NCBI RefSeq assembly: GCF_002095435.2
Contig: NZ_MJEJ02000031.1
Coordinates: 14,260-38,259, forward strand
Direction of reading: 5' to 3'
Length of the DNA: 24,000 bases
Source: Williamsia sp. 1138
GTDB taxonomy: Bacteria; Actinomycetota; Actinomycetes; Mycobacteriales; Mycobacteriaceae
Under the pieces are notes generated by a model that did no database searches, had not been told where the DNA came from, and saw only the letters and a list, made by a program, of their open reading frames with translations. How positions within the stretch are numbered: the first letter of the stretch is position 1; every line of letters begins with the position of its first letter. A program made the translations under genes and the position numbers. Below, one piece after another: positions 1 through 9,099 of this stretch.

Positions 1-52
1 CACCCACCCGGGTACCTGCTGATGCAGGACTCGAGGCACGAAAGAGACAACG

Positions 53-919
53 ATGTCTGAGAATCCGGTTTATGGTGCTGCGCATTCGGCAAGTGATTCG
101 GCCGGCGCAGCCGATTCCGCCCGACGCCGCGTGACCCGCGTGCACCATCTGGCCCAGATGAAGGCCGAAGGTGAGAAGTGGTCCATGCTCACCGCCTACG
201 ACTTCTCCAGTGCCCGCATCTTCGACGAGGCGCAGATCCCGGTCCTTCTGGTCGGAGACTCCGCCGCCAACGTCGTCTACGGGTACGACACCACCATCCC
301 CGTCAGCATCGACGAGCTCCTCCCGCTCGTCCGCGGAGTCGTCAAGGGCGCCCCGCATGCCCTGGTCGTCGCCGACCTGCCCTTCGGCAGCTATGAAGCA
401 GGTCCGCAGCAGGCTCTGGAATCGTCCATCCGATTCTTCAAAGAAGGCGGCGCCCACGCCGTCAAGCTCGAAGGTGGAGAGCGGGTTGCCGACCAGATCG
501 CGACCCTCACCGCCGCCGGTATCCCGGTCATGGCCCACATCGGCTTCACCCCGCAGAGCGTCAACGGGCTCGGGGGCTTCCGGGTCCAAGGCCGCGGCGA
601 CGCCGGCGACCAGCTGATCAACGACGCGATCGCCGTGCAGGAGGCCGGCGCCTTCGCCGTCGTCATGGAGATGGTCCCCGCCGATCTCGCGGGCCAGATC
701 AGCCGCAAGCTCACCATCCCCACCGTCGGCATCGGGGCAGGCAACGAAACCGATGCCCAGGTCCTCGTCTGGCAGGACATGGCCGGCTTCACCCACGGCA
801 AGACCGCCAGGTTCGTCAAGCGGTACGCCGACGTCGGCGGCGAATTGCGCCGTGCGGCAGAACAATACAACGACGAGGTGCGTCGCGGCGCCTTCCCGGG
901 ACCCGAGCACAGCTACTGA
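53..919 (+). CDS. panB: 3-methyl-2-oxobutanoate hydroxymethyltransferase (ketopantoate hydroxymethyltransferase)
   Basis: ATG at 53 is preceded by the purine-rich GAAAGAGA. The 288-aa ORF reads as full-length PanB by eye ([44 protein letters not shown]). Confidence 0.93.
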   Translation: MSENPVYGAAHSASDSAGAADSARRRVTRVHHLAQMKAEGEKWSMLTAYDFSSARIFDEAQIPVLLVGDSAANVVYGYDTTIPVSIDELLPLVRGVVKGAPHALVVADLPFGSYEAGPQQALESSIRFFKEGGAHAVKLEGGERVADQIATLTAAGIPVMAHIGFTPQSVNGLGGFRVQGRGDAGDQLINDAIAVQEAGAFAVVMEMVPADLAGQISRKLTIPTVGIGAGNETDAQVLVWQDMAGFTHGKTARFVKRYADVGGELRRAAEQYNDEVRRGAFPGPEHSY

Positions 920-934
920 CCCGGAAGCCCGATC

Positions 935-990
935 GTGGTGGGTTCCGGCGAGCGTTCACCCAGCTCGGCATCACCAGAACCCACCACTTT
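935..990 (+). terminator. candidate intrinsic terminator / structured element downstream of panB
   Basis: Perfect 11-bp inverted repeat GTGGTGGGTTC (935-945) / GAACCCACCAC (977-987). An inner CGAGC/GCTCG stem lies between the arms, and TTT follows at 988-990. The loop is long and the T-tract short, so support is weak. Confidence 0.3.
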
Positions 991-1026
991 CGGGTCCGTG
1001 GATCACGGGACGGGCATAGTGGACAC

Positions 1027-2007
1027 ATGCGCGACTTCTATCCACCGATCGAACCCTTCGCCGCCGGCCACCTCGATGTCGGTGACGGACAACAGATCTA
1101 CTGGGAACAGAGCGGCAACCCTGCCGGTAAGCCTGCGATCTTCGTGCACGGCGGACCAGGCGGCGGCACGGCGCCGGCCCAACGGCGATTCTTCAACCCC
1201 GACGCCTACCGGATCATCCTCTTCGACCAGCGCGGCTGCGGTAAGTCGACGCCTCACATCGCCGACGGCGCCGACCTCTCGGTCAACACCACCGACCACT
1301 TGATCTCCGACATGGAAAAGCTGCGCGCGGAGTTCTCCATCGAGCGCTGGCAGGTCTTCGGTGGATCCTGGGGCTCGACCCTTGGTCTCGCCTACGCCCA
1401 ACGCCATCCCGAGCGGGTCACCGAGCTGGTACTGCGCGGGATCTTCCTGCTGCGCCGCAGCGAGATCGACTGGTACTACAACGGAGGCGCTGCCAACATT
1501 TATCCCGATCTCTGGGAGGGCTATCTCGAGCCCATCCCGACCGGCGATCGTGAGGGTGATCTCGTCGAGGCCTACCACCGACTGCTCACCGGCAGCGACC
1601 GGACTGCGGCAACTCGAGCCGCGGTGGCCTGGACGACCTGGGAGAAGTCCACGAGTTATCTTCTGCCGCAAGCCCAAGACGACGACGGGTCCGAATCCGA
1701 TCGGTACGCACTGGCGTTCGCCGGGATCGAGAATCACTACTTCCAGAATCGAGGCTTCCTCGACGAAGGACAGCTGCTCACCGATGCGCATCTGATCAAG
1801 GACATCCCCGGCGTGATCGTGCAGGGGCGCTACGACGTGGTGTGCCCCGCCCGCAGCGCCTGGGACCTGCACCGCGCGTGGCCCATCGCCGACCTGCACA
1901 TCGTGGACGACGCCGGGCATGCGTCGTTCGAGGTCGGGATCCGCCATCATCTGATCGAGGCGACGGACCGCTTTGCAGGTCTTGCCGCCGCTGAGAAAGG
2001 ACACTGA
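1027..2007 (+). CDS. pip: prolyl aminopeptidase (proline iminopeptidase, alpha/beta hydrolase, S33 family)
   Basis: 326-aa ORF starting at ATG 1027. It has the HGGPGGG oxyanion motif, the GGSWGS nucleophile elbow (GxSxG), and a C-terminal DAGH catalytic-His context. The N-terminus (YPPIEPF..G.L.V) is typical of Pip. Confidence 0.9.
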   Translation: MRDFYPPIEPFAAGHLDVGDGQQIYWEQSGNPAGKPAIFVHGGPGGGTAPAQRRFFNPDAYRIILFDQRGCGKSTPHIADGADLSVNTTDHLISDMEKLRAEFSIERWQVFGGSWGSTLGLAYAQRHPERVTELVLRGIFLLRRSEIDWYYNGGAANIYPDLWEGYLEPIPTGDREGDLVEAYHRLLTGSDRTAATRAAVAWTTWEKSTSYLLPQAQDDDGSESDRYALAFAGIENHYFQNRGFLDEGQLLTDAHLIKDIPGVIVQGRYDVVCPARSAWDLHRAWPIADLHIVDDAGHASFEVGIRHHLIEATDRFAGLAAAEKGH

Positions 2008-2008
2008 G

Positions 2009-3529
2009 TTGACCGCGCACGAGGCCCTGGAGATCGAGCTCAAATACGACTTGAACGCCGGCGCGTCGGTGCCGGATCTCACCGTTCTCGAAGCGGTGCA
2101 TTCGGTTACAGGTCCGGTCGTCGAGCATCTGGACGCCACGTACTACGACACCGACGCCCTCGACCTCGCGGGCAACAAGATCACCCTCCGACGCCGCGAG
2201 GGCGGCCACGACGAGGGATGGCATCTCAAACGTCCGGCCACCTCCGCAGGGCCCGGACGCCGAGAGATGCAGGTCGGATTGGAAACGGCCGCCGACCCAT
2301 TTTCCGAGGTATTGGTCCCGACCGAGCTCACCGACCATGTCCAGGTCCATGTGCGTGGTCGACGGCTGTCCCCTATTGCCACGATCTCGACCGTCCGGCG
2401 CATCACCGAACTGCACGATGCCGCCGGCGAGGTCCTCGCCGTTCTCTGTGAGGACAGCGTCGCCACCCAGTCGCTGTTGCCGGGTGGTCACGCACAGACC
2501 TGGAACGAGTGGGAACTCGAACTCGTGGCAGGCGACGAGAAGTTGCTGAAGGCAGCGGACAAGGTGCTGCGGAGCAGTGGAGCGCGAACCGCGTCGAGTG
2601 CGTCGAAACTGGCTCGAGCCATTGGACCGACCCCGACCGGCAGCGACTCGACCAAGCAAGGAAAGAAGTCGTCAGCGAAGAAGCTGTCGGCGCTCGAGTT
2701 GGTGATCTCGGAGCTCGCCGAACACCGGGACCATCTCATCGCCCAGGACCCGCTGGTGCGGGTCGACGCGCCGGACTCGGTGCACCAGATGCGGGTTGCG
2801 ACCCGGCGCGCCCGCAGCGTTCTGCGATCCTTCCCCGAAGTGCTGCACGGCGACGTGATCGGACACCTCGAAGGCGAGTTGAAGCACCTGGCAAGCATTC
2901 TCGGCGACGCTCGTGATGCCGAAGTCCAGCTCGAGCGCAATCGCCACCTGCTCGAAGGTGAGTCCGCACCCGCCACCATCGTCGCGGCGTTGATCGACGA
3001 CCAGATCAGGACCTGCGGATCCACCGTCGAGGTGGTTCTCGAATACCTCAGGTCCACCAGGTACTACGAGCTCCTCAACGAACTCGACAGCACCGTGGCC
3101 GAACCCCAGCCAGGACCGGACGCCGATCTCACTGCTGCGAAGGCCCTCGACGAAGCGGTCGCGCGCAGTGCCAAGCGGGTGCGTAAAGCGCAGCGAAAGC
3201 TCCAGGGGCTCGCTGTCGAGTCCGCGGAGTGGATCGAGCAGTTGCACACCATCCGCAAGCGGGCAAAACAGTTGCGTTACACCACAGATTCGGCTGACCG
3301 GCTGGGCACCAAGAAATACAGCAAGATCGCGAAGCAGGCCAAGCAGGAGCAGGCCGCTCTCGGCGACTTCCACGATGCCGAGGTCAGTCGCGAACACCTC
3401 GCTCAATTGGCCGGGGGTTCCGGCATCTCGGTGGCCGACGCGTTCGTCTACGGCCGCCTGGATGCCCGCGAGCAGGCGGCTGCCGAGACCGCGATGCGTG
3501 AATACCTCAAGGCGAAGTCTCGGCTGTGA
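2009..3529 (+). CDS. CYTH and CHAD domain-containing protein (triphosphate tunnel metalloenzyme fused to a polyphosphate-binding CHAD domain)
   Basis: The N-terminus carries EIELKYD, the ExExK CYTH signature. The helical C-terminal half carries VHQMRVATRRARSVLRSF, typical of CHAD. TTG at 2009 lies 1 nt after the pip stop and has GAGAAAGGA about 8 nt upstream. The ORF-track start at 1973 is also TTG but would overlap pip by 35 nt. Confidence 0.85.
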   Translation: MTAHEALEIELKYDLNAGASVPDLTVLEAVHSVTGPVVEHLDATYYDTDALDLAGNKITLRRREGGHDEGWHLKRPATSAGPGRREMQVGLETAADPFSEVLVPTELTDHVQVHVRGRRLSPIATISTVRRITELHDAAGEVLAVLCEDSVATQSLLPGGHAQTWNEWELELVAGDEKLLKAADKVLRSSGARTASSASKLARAIGPTPTGSDSTKQGKKSSAKKLSALELVISELAEHRDHLIAQDPLVRVDAPDSVHQMRVATRRARSVLRSFPEVLHGDVIGHLEGELKHLASILGDARDAEVQLERNRHLLEGESAPATIVAALIDDQIRTCGSTVEVVLEYLRSTRYYELLNELDSTVAEPQPGPDADLTAAKALDEAVARSAKRVRKAQRKLQGLAVESAEWIEQLHTIRKRAKQLRYTTDSADRLGTKKYSKIAKQAKQEQAALGDFHDAEVSREHLAQLAGGSGISVADAFVYGRLDAREQAAAETAMREYLKAKSRL

Positions 3530-4925
3530 ACACAAGAGTGGGGCCATGCGTATCGGCGCTGGTCAGTCGCACCGAGATCTGACTGCCCTCGGCCGGGTCC
3601 CCGATGCAGGTTGCGAAAACGGGGGGTTCGGCGATGAAGATCCGGGCGGGGCGTTTGCCCCGTTTCGGGTGCAGGACGGTGGCCGAGAACGTCTCGCCCA
3701 CCCGGTCTGCGAGCAGGATCGCCTCGGCGAGGTCTAGTCCCGCCCGGTCCGCCCGTCCTGCAACGGCACCCGAACTGCGCATGATCTCGGGCAGGGTCGG
3801 CAACGCCGCGAGCACCCACTCGGGCACCGGCTCGCCCGCATGCAACGCCAGACACACCTCCGTGGCGAAGCGGTCCGCCAACCGGCGCAGAGGTGCGGTG
3901 ACGTGGGCATACACTCCCGCGATTCCGCCGTGGGTGGTCACCGCGTCCGCCGGGATCTCCCCCAATAGAGCCAGATAGTCACTGCCGCGGAGCAGCGTGG
4001 TGGCGTCTGACATCAGCGCGAGCGTAGTGGGGGCCTGGGGATCGAGCCCCGCCAGGAATGCTCCGGGAGAGACCGATTCGGACCACGGCACGCCCAGGGC
4101 GGCCGCCGCTGTGCGCAGAGCCGCGACCTCGCCGTCCTGCGCGTCGGGCAGCGTTCGGAGCAAGCCGACCGCGTGGCCGAGCATGAGTGCGCCCGCGCAC
4201 ATACCCGTCAGCAAGGAGACCTGCGAGTTCCACATGTCTGCACGAGTCCTCGGTTGCACCGACAGCTCCCAATTGCCGTCGGCGTCGCGAACCACATCCT
4301 GCTCGGGCAGACCGAGCTCGATGGCTCCCCGGCTGATCGACAACCTCTGCCTCAGCTCACCGAAATCGGGCAGCGCCGCGATCGAGGGGTGCAGGGTGCC
4401 GGCGGCGTGGTCGGCCATGACGCCCGCATAGTCCAGTCGCGCCACCGACTTCACCCGCGCCCTGGCCAGGTCCACCGACACCGGGGTCGCCTCGGCATCG
4501 ACGACGATGCGCCAGAGCACCGCGGGTCGGACCTGTTCGGGGAGCAACGAACCGGTGTTCTCCGACAGGGCCCGAGGGTGCAGGGGCACGTTGCCGTCCG
4601 GGAAGTAGATGGTCTGTCCGCGTCGCCTGGTCTCCTGGTCGAGGGCGCCCTGCGGCACCACAAGAGCCGCCACATCTGCGATCGCGTAGTGCACGACGAA
4701 ACCGTCGCCATCCCGGGCGATGTGCACGGCCTGATCGAGGTCCACCGAACCGGGTGGATCGATGGTCACCAATGCGAGGTCGGTGCGATCGATTCGACTG
4801 TCGGCGAAGCGGTCGACGGCGGTCTCTGCCTCGTGCTGGGCCGCGGCACCGAACTCCTCGGACAGCCCCAGGTCGGTCCGAATGGAGCCGAAATCTATGT
4901 CTGCGGCGCGAAGTCTGCGTTGCAC
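3507..4925 (-). CDS. RNB domain-containing ribonuclease (RNase II/R family, lacking obvious CSD/S1 domains)
   Basis: RNB catalytic-region motif DLDQAVHIARDGDGFVVHYAIADVAALV, followed by RGQTIYFPDGNVPLHP. The ORF-track start at 5111 runs through the RNase P RNA. The first plausible start past the RNA 3' end is GTG at 4925 (VQRRLRAADIDFGSIR...), giving 472 aa. Confidence 0.8.
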   Translation of the reverse strand: MQRRLRAADIDFGSIRTDLGLSEEFGAAAQHEAETAVDRFADSRIDRTDLALVTIDPPGSVDLDQAVHIARDGDGFVVHYAIADVAALVVPQGALDQETRRRGQTIYFPDGNVPLHPRALSENTGSLLPEQVRPAVLWRIVVDAEATPVSVDLARARVKSVARLDYAGVMADHAAGTLHPSIAALPDFGELRQRLSISRGAIELGLPEQDVVRDADGNWELSVQPRTRADMWNSQVSLLTGMCAGALMLGHAVGLLRTLPDAQDGEVAALRTAAAALGVPWSESVSPGAFLAGLDPQAPTTLALMSDATTLLRGSDYLALLGEIPADAVTTHGGIAGVYAHVTAPLRRLADRFATEVCLALHAGEPVPEWVLAALPTLPEIMRSSGAVAGRADRAGLDLAEAILLADRVGETFSATVLHPKRGKRPARIFIAEPPVFATCIGDPAEGSQISVRLTSADTHGPTLVFTAETSP

Positions 4926-4956
4926 AGGCCCCAGACTATCGGGCGCGGAATCGGTC

Positions 4957-5380
<424 letters not shown>

Positions 5381-5384
5381 CATC

Positions 5385-5390
5385 ACTCTA
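5385..5390 (-). promoter_or_regulatory. candidate -10 hexamer (TAGAGT) for rnpB
   Basis: The minus strand reads ...GAACGTAGAGTGATG|GAGCGAACGAGCC. TAGAGT fits the actinobacterial TANNNT -10 consensus. It ends 4-6 nt before the first nucleotide of the predicted P1 helix. No convincing -35 element is visible. Confidence 0.35.
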
Positions 5391-5430
5391 CGTTCTCCCC
5401 GACTGCGGTTCGCACCCGCGACCCGGCGCA

Positions 5431-6696
5431 GTGAACAATCAACGCGTGGATGTCGTGTCATTGGTGCTGCTGGTGGCGGCCCTGGGATTTGCCGTGTGGC
5501 GTCCACGAGGCCTTCCCGAGGCGACGGTCGCGGTGCCCGCGGCCCTCGCTGTCGTCGCTGCCGGGGTCGTGGATGTCGATCGGGCCTGGTCCGAGATCTC
5601 CGCACTCGCGTCGACGGTGCTGTTCCTCGCGGCGCTGCTGGTGCTGTCTTATGCCTGTTCGGTCCTGGGCGTGTTCACCTGGCTCGCAGCGGTGATCGCC
5701 CGGCGGGCCTCACCATCGCCCGGCGACACACGCCCGAACCGTCATCGGCTGCTGGCCTTGGTGTTCGGCGCCGCGGCGCTGACCACCGCTGCGCTCAGTC
5801 TCGACGCGACCGTACTGCTGCTGACCCCGGTGCTGCTGTCGATGACACGCACCCTGCGGGTCTCGGCGCGGCCATACAGCTACGCCACGGTGACCCTGGC
5901 CAATTCGGCGTCGACGTTGATGCCTGTCTCCAACCTCACCAACCTGCTCGCATTCGCGGCCACCGGGCTCGGGTTCGTCGAGTTCACCCTGCTGATGGCG
6001 CTACCGTGGCTGATCACCCTCGCGGTCGAGTTCGTGGTGTTCTGCCTCTTCTTCCGCGGCGATCTCCGTGAGCGCCCGCATCCCGATCACATCGAAGATC
6101 CCGGTCCCGCACCCCGGTTGCCGTTGGCGCTGCTGGCCATCACCCTCGTCTCCTTCGGGCTCAGCTCGGTGGTCGGCATCGAGCCGGTGTGGTGCGCGGT
6201 GGTCGGAGCCGTCGTGATGGCCGCCCTGGCGCTGCACGCAAAGACGAGTTCACCGCTGACACTCGCCCTGTCGGCCAAACCCGGCTTCCTGCTGTTCGTG
6301 TTCGCACTCGGCGTCCTGGTCGCGGGCATCTCCGACGGCGGGATCGGCAGCGGCCTCGCAGACATCTTGCCGAGCGGCACCGGGTTGTCCGATCTCCTCG
6401 TTGTGGCCGCGATCTCGGCGGTCATCGCGAATCTGATCAACAACATCCCCGCTGCATTGCTGATGCTGGCCGCGTTGGGATCGGGCGCCCCGGCACCGCT
6501 GGTGCTGGCCATGCTCCTCGGGGTCAACATCGGACCTACCCTGACCTACCTGGGTTCGTTGGCAAATCTGTTGTGGCTCAAATTGGTTCAGCATGATGGA
6601 CAGCAGGTCACCGTGCGGGAGTTCACGGTCGTCGGACTGGCCACCGTGCCGGTCACCCTGGTGATGTCGGTGGTCGCGTTGTGGGCCGTGACCTGA
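5431..6696 (+). CDS. ArsB/NhaD-superfamily permease (arsenical-pump-like / SLC13-type anion transporter)
   Basis: 421-aa polytopic membrane protein. Its SLDATVLLLTPVLL ... ANSASTLMPVSNLTNLL segments resemble the ArsB/NhaD (CitMHS) family. The start is GTG at 5431; GTG at 5446 is an alternative. Confidence 0.78.
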   Translation: MNNQRVDVVSLVLLVAALGFAVWRPRGLPEATVAVPAALAVVAAGVVDVDRAWSEISALASTVLFLAALLVLSYACSVLGVFTWLAAVIARRASPSPGDTRPNRHRLLALVFGAAALTTAALSLDATVLLLTPVLLSMTRTLRVSARPYSYATVTLANSASTLMPVSNLTNLLAFAATGLGFVEFTLLMALPWLITLAVEFVVFCLFFRGDLRERPHPDHIEDPGPAPRLPLALLAITLVSFGLSSVVGIEPVWCAVVGAVVMAALALHAKTSSPLTLALSAKPGFLLFVFALGVLVAGISDGGIGSGLADILPSGTGLSDLLVVAAISAVIANLINNIPAALLMLAALGSGAPAPLVLAMLLGVNIGPTLTYLGSLANLLWLKLVQHDGQQVTVREFTVVGLATVPVTLVMSVVALWAVT

Positions 6697-6703
6697 GCGT
6701 GGA

Positions 6704-7588
6704 TCAGTCGTGACCCGGCATCGCGCTGCGCACCGACTGCAGCGCCGCGATCAGGTCGCCGACGATCTCCGAGTGCGCGGCGGGCGATCTCACGACCGCT
6801 GAGACCGACACCCGCAGCGCGCGCTCCCGATCGCGGGTGAACGCGATCCCCGCCAACGGGGTGCGCTCATAGAGGACCGTCCACTCCTCGGGGTGATTGA
6901 GCAGTTCCATGGTCGCGGTGTGATCAACCGGCAACGGTGGCGCCTGCCGCGGCCGTTCGAGCCCATGTCGATCGAAGGCGTCGCGAATCACGTTGTGCAA
7001 CAGCACCTGGTCGCGGGCCGAGGGCAGCAGCAACGGGTAACCACCGAGTTCTGCCAACCCCACCTCATCGGCACCGGCAAGGGGATGACTCTGCGACATC
7101 GCCACCACGAGGTCGTCGACCCAGAGTTGCTGTACCGCCAGACCAGGCCGATCGAGACCACCGCGGATGAGTGCCAGGTCGACGTCGCCACCCAGGACCG
7201 CTTCGATACGTTGGTCGAAGCTCTTGATGATGAACTCGATCTCGACGTCGAGGTGCTCATTCCGCAATTGCGCGATGGCTGCCAGCGACTGCTGGGCGAA
7301 CGACATGTTCGCCGCCATCCGGACGCGGCCGCTGGGGGTACGGGCGGTGGCGGTGATCATCGACTCGATCTGCAGCATCTGCTGCGCCAGCGGAAGCACC
7401 TGGGCCCCGAGGTCGGTGAGCCGCACGAGCCTGGTCGAACGCTCGATCAGTTTGGCGCCGAGTTCGTGCTCCAGGCGCGCCACCTGGTGACTAATCGCCG
7501 ATTGCGAGATGAAGCATCGCGCCGCAGCCCTGCTGAAGCTCAGCTCCTCGGCGACGGTGACGAAGTAGGTCAGCTGGCGTAGTTCCAC
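6704..7588 (-). CDS. LysR-family transcriptional regulator
   Basis: N-terminal MELRQLTYFVTVAEELSFSRAAARCFISQSAISHQVARLEHELG is a canonical LysR winged-HTH. It is followed by a substrate-binding domain of about 200 aa. GTG start at 7588. Confidence 0.92.
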   Translation of the reverse strand: MELRQLTYFVTVAEELSFSRAAARCFISQSAISHQVARLEHELGAKLIERSTRLVRLTDLGAQVLPLAQQMLQIESMITATARTPSGRVRMAANMSFAQQSLAAIAQLRNEHLDVEIEFIIKSFDQRIEAVLGGDVDLALIRGGLDRPGLAVQQLWVDDLVVAMSQSHPLAGADEVGLAELGGYPLLLPSARDQVLLHNVIRDAFDRHGLERPRQAPPLPVDHTATMELLNHPEEWTVLYERTPLAGIAFTRDRERALRVSVSAVVRSPAAHSEIVGDLIAALQSVRSAMPGHD

Positions 7589-7612
7589 GCCACCAGGATA
7601 TATGAGCGATGC

Positions 7613-7627
7613 AGATAAGTTCTATCT
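7613..7627. promoter_or_regulatory. candidate LysR-type operator dyad (AGATA-N5-TATCT)
   Basis: Interrupted dyad AGATAAGTTCTATCT. It lies 25 nt upstream of the LysR start, in the AT-rich divergent region. It is compatible with the T-N11-A architecture of LysR boxes. Confidence 0.4.
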
Positions 7628-7641
7628 GAACAATGTGTTTG

Positions 7642-7654
7642 ATCAGGCGCTGAT
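7642..7654. promoter_or_regulatory. second dyad (ATCAG-N3-CTGAT) in the LysR/NDH-2 divergent region
   Basis: ATCAGGCGCTGAT inverted repeat. Both dyads overlap or abut a GATAAG direct repeat (7614-7619 and 7652-7657). Confidence 0.3.
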
Positions 7655-7721
7655 AAGGGATTACTTGTTGTTAGGTGCGCGCTGTACTAGGCAGTAGTCG
7701 CCAACAGGAGATAAAAGGATC

Positions 7722-9032
7722 ATGAACACAATGCCCGCACCTCACAGCGTTCCCACCCAGCTGGACGTCGACGTGGCCATCGTCGGATCGGGATTCGGCG
7801 GGTTGACAGCTGCTCAGAAGCTGGCCAAGACCGGCCTGCGCGTCGCGTTGATCTCCAGCACCCCTGAGCATCTGTTCCAACCGCTGCTCTACCAGGTGGC
7901 GACCGGTGTGTTGAACAGTGAAGAGATCGCACCGGATGTCGCCGGGATCCTGCGCAAGCACCGCAACGTCGAGGTCGTCCTCGGCACCGTCACCGAGGTG
8001 GATCCCGATGCCGGGATTCTGCGGTACCGCCACGAAGGCCCGACCCAGACCATCTCGTTTCGTTATCTGATCGCCTCGACCGGTGCCACGCAGTCGTACT
8101 TCGGACGCGACGAGTTCGCGCACTACTCGTATTCGCTCAAGACGATCGACGACGCCACGAACTTGCGCACCCAGATCCGCCGATGCTTCGAGGAGGCGGC
8201 CAAGACCGACGACGCCGACCTGCGTCGTCGCCTACTGAGCTTCGTCGTCGTCGGCGCAGGCCCGACCGGAGTCGAGGTCGCAGGCCAGATCCGCGAACTC
8301 GCCACGCGGTACTACAAACTCGACGATGTGTCGGTGTATCTCGTAGAAGGCGCAGGCAACGCCCTTCCTGTCTACGGTGGTTCGCTCTCCGCCTACGCCA
8401 AGAAGGCACTCGAACGCGGCGGTGTCGAGGTACTACTCGATTCGCTTGTCACAGAGATGGATTCAGACGGCGTCACCATCAAGGTCGGCGGCGCGGCCAC
8501 CCGGCGCATCGCCGCGGACACCGTCGTCTGGTCGGCCGGCGTGCAGGCGAGCCCGTTCGCGGCGGTACTTGCGAAGGCAACCGGCAGCGAGACCGACAGG
8601 GCGGGCAGACTCCTGATCAACCAGGATCTGACCGTGGGCGGATACGCCAACGTCTACGCGATCGGTGACATGACCTCGCTGAACGGATACCCGGGCCAGA
8701 GCCCGGTCGCGATGCAGCAGGCCCGCCATGCAGCAGATGTGATCAGCCGAAAGAAGCTCCCGGGCACCGCCTTCGAGTACTTCGACAAGGGCAGCATGTC
8801 GGTGATCAACCGGTTCAGCGCAGTCGTCGCGCTCAATGAACGGGTTCGCTTCGGTGGATTCATCGCGTGGCTGACCTGGCTGGCCGTGCACCTGTTCTAT
8901 CTGGTGGGCTTCCGCAACCGCTTCGCCGCCATCGCGTCGTGGTTGTTCGCCTTCATCGGCAGCAACCGGCCGGGCTTCGCACAGGCCGACAAGATCGAAG
9001 CGGAGTCCAGACGCCAGCCCAAGGCGAGCTGA
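7722..9032 (+). CDS. NAD(P)/FAD-dependent oxidoreductase, type II NADH dehydrogenase (NDH-2)-like
   Basis: ATG at 7722 with AAAAGGA upstream. There are two dinucleotide-binding motifs (IVGSGFGGL and VVGAGPTGVE) plus FQPLLYQVATG and a YAIGD motif. The hydrophobic C-terminal tail (FIAWLTWLAVHLFYLVGF) is typical of NDH-2. Confidence 0.85.
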   Translation: MNTMPAPHSVPTQLDVDVAIVGSGFGGLTAAQKLAKTGLRVALISSTPEHLFQPLLYQVATGVLNSEEIAPDVAGILRKHRNVEVVLGTVTEVDPDAGILRYRHEGPTQTISFRYLIASTGATQSYFGRDEFAHYSYSLKTIDDATNLRTQIRRCFEEAAKTDDADLRRRLLSFVVVGAGPTGVEVAGQIRELATRYYKLDDVSVYLVEGAGNALPVYGGSLSAYAKKALERGGVEVLLDSLVTEMDSDGVTIKVGGAATRRIAADTVVWSAGVQASPFAAVLAKATGSETDRAGRLLINQDLTVGGYANVYAIGDMTSLNGYPGQSPVAMQQARHAADVISRKKLPGTAFEYFDKGSMSVINRFSAVVALNERVRFGGFIAWLTWLAVHLFYLVGFRNRFAAIASWLFAFIGSNRPGFAQADKIEAESRRQPKAS

Positions 9033-9049
9033 CACCGACGCTCAACCGG

Positions 9050-9086
9050 CGCGCCCGCACTCGAGTTTCCCTCGGGTGCGGGCGCG
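9050..9086. terminator. GC-rich hairpin between convergent genes (candidate bidirectional terminator)
   Basis: CGCGCCCGCAC (9050-9060) pairs with GTGCGGGCGCG (9076-9086). An inner CGAG/CTCG extension flanks a TTTCC loop. The hairpin sits between the NDH-2-like stop (9032) and the rnhC stop (9100). No long U-tract is present. Confidence 0.5.
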
Positions 9087-9099
9087 TCGGCGTGTGAGG

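Noticed and set aside
1003-2139. Long antisense or out-of-frame ORFs. Examples: 1003..2139(-), 2672..3547(-), 10386..11234(+), 14795..15613(+), 18218..19189(-), 21736..22794(-), 22818..23408(-).
   Set aside because: Each lies opposite or out of frame to a gene with clear family motifs. The translations are Arg/Pro/Gly/Ala-rich without recognisable domains. Stop-codon scarcity in high-GC DNA explains their length.
5433-5442. The decamer GAACAATCAA occurs at 5433 and again at 22789, both at AT-richer gene boundaries.
   Set aside because: A single 10-mer recurrence in 24 kb counted over both strands is expected by chance. There is no extended similarity around either copy.
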